Assembly (NCBI GenBank): GCA_050251055.1
Contig: JBFWNL010000005.1
Location: 96,001 to 160,000 of the forward strand
Reading direction: 5' to 3'
Length of the DNA stretch: 64,000 bases
Origin: Bacteriovoracia bacterium
Lineage (GTDB): Bacteria > Bdellovibrionota > UBA1018 > JBFWNL01
Positions 63,494-64,000 of the stretch are shown in pieces (position 1 is the first letter of the stretch; each line of letters begins with the position of its first letter). The position numbers and the translations under genes are program-made. The notes under the pieces were generated by a model that was not told where the DNA came from, ran no database searches, and saw only the letters and a list, made by a program, of their open reading frames with translations.

Positions 63494-63991
63494 ATGAAGA
63501 GAACCGTATTTTTGCTCGTGGGCCTGATGGCGTGTAATTCACCGCTATTAAATCATGTCAACGCCGACGATCTGAGCAGGAAGGATCCATCCGCCGCCGG
63601 TGAGCCTTTGACAGCGGACGACGCTAAAAACTGCCCCCTGGCGTTTCCCGAGGCCGGTCTTTGCGCGGAACTGATTTGGAAAGCCACGCCGACCGCCGAC
63701 GAGTTGGCGACCTTCACCCTGAAGTTTTGGAACGAGGCTGACGCCGACCGGAAAGGTCCGTATGTTAGCCCAACTGACGAGCCATTCGTGAAACTATGGA
63801 TGACGTCGATGGGGCATGGATCTTCTCCCGTCAAGCTTGCTCCCGCCCGGGACGCCGAAGGGGCGCCGGTGGACGGTGTCTATGACGGCACGGACGCGTT
63901 TTTCAGTATGGGCGGCGATTGGGACGTGAAGGTCCAGCTGCGCCGGGAAAAAAAGGTACAGGAAGAGGCCGTCCTGAAGGTGAAGATCTAA
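63494..63991 (+). CDS. FixH/YtkA-like lipoprotein
   Basis: LMAC lipobox; LWMTSMGHGSSP and FSMGGDWDVKV; AAGGAG RBS. Confidence 0.75.
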   Translation: MKRTVFLLVGLMACNSPLLNHVNADDLSRKDPSAAGEPLTADDAKNCPLAFPEAGLCAELIWKATPTADELATFTLKFWNEADADRKGPYVSPTDEPFVKLWMTSMGHGSSPVKLAPARDAEGAPVDGVYDGTDAFFSMGGDWDVKVQLRREKKVQEEAVLKVKI

Positions 63992-64000
63992 CCTTCCATG

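Overview
GC-rich bacterial chromosomal DNA with about 60 densely packed CDSs. I saw no rRNA, tRNA, CRISPR array or mobile element. The gene content suggests a Bdellovibrionota/Oligoflexia-like organism (inference from a TIGR02147-type protein, a FecR-only protein, secreted pentapeptide-repeat proteins and many orphan lipoproteins). Housekeeping and stress genes include kbl-tdh, msrA-msrB-msrA-pirin, cobB, a RluA-family synthase, a DEAD-box helicase, ABC-F, an ATM1-type exporter, HtrA and Hsp20. They alternate with secreted or surface proteins: two Lig-like Ig-repeat lipoproteins, a pair of Gly-Pro-linker paralogues, a tetrad-repeat protein and a PGRS-like lipoprotein. The most striking locus is a compact candidate RiPP cluster at 28385-30899. 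It reads GNAT-fold gene, an unannotated 9-residue ORF (MKKFAKWCA, 29114-29143) with its own RBS and a strong downstream hairpin, a heme-oxygenase-like diiron oxidase (HDO), and a small stand-alone YcaO. A GAF histidine kinase lies on one side and a kinase/response-regulator pair on the other. Second, a PuuD urate-oxidase membrane domain is fused to a cupredoxin-like domain instead of the usual cytochrome c. All family calls come from motifs read by eye; no database search was run.
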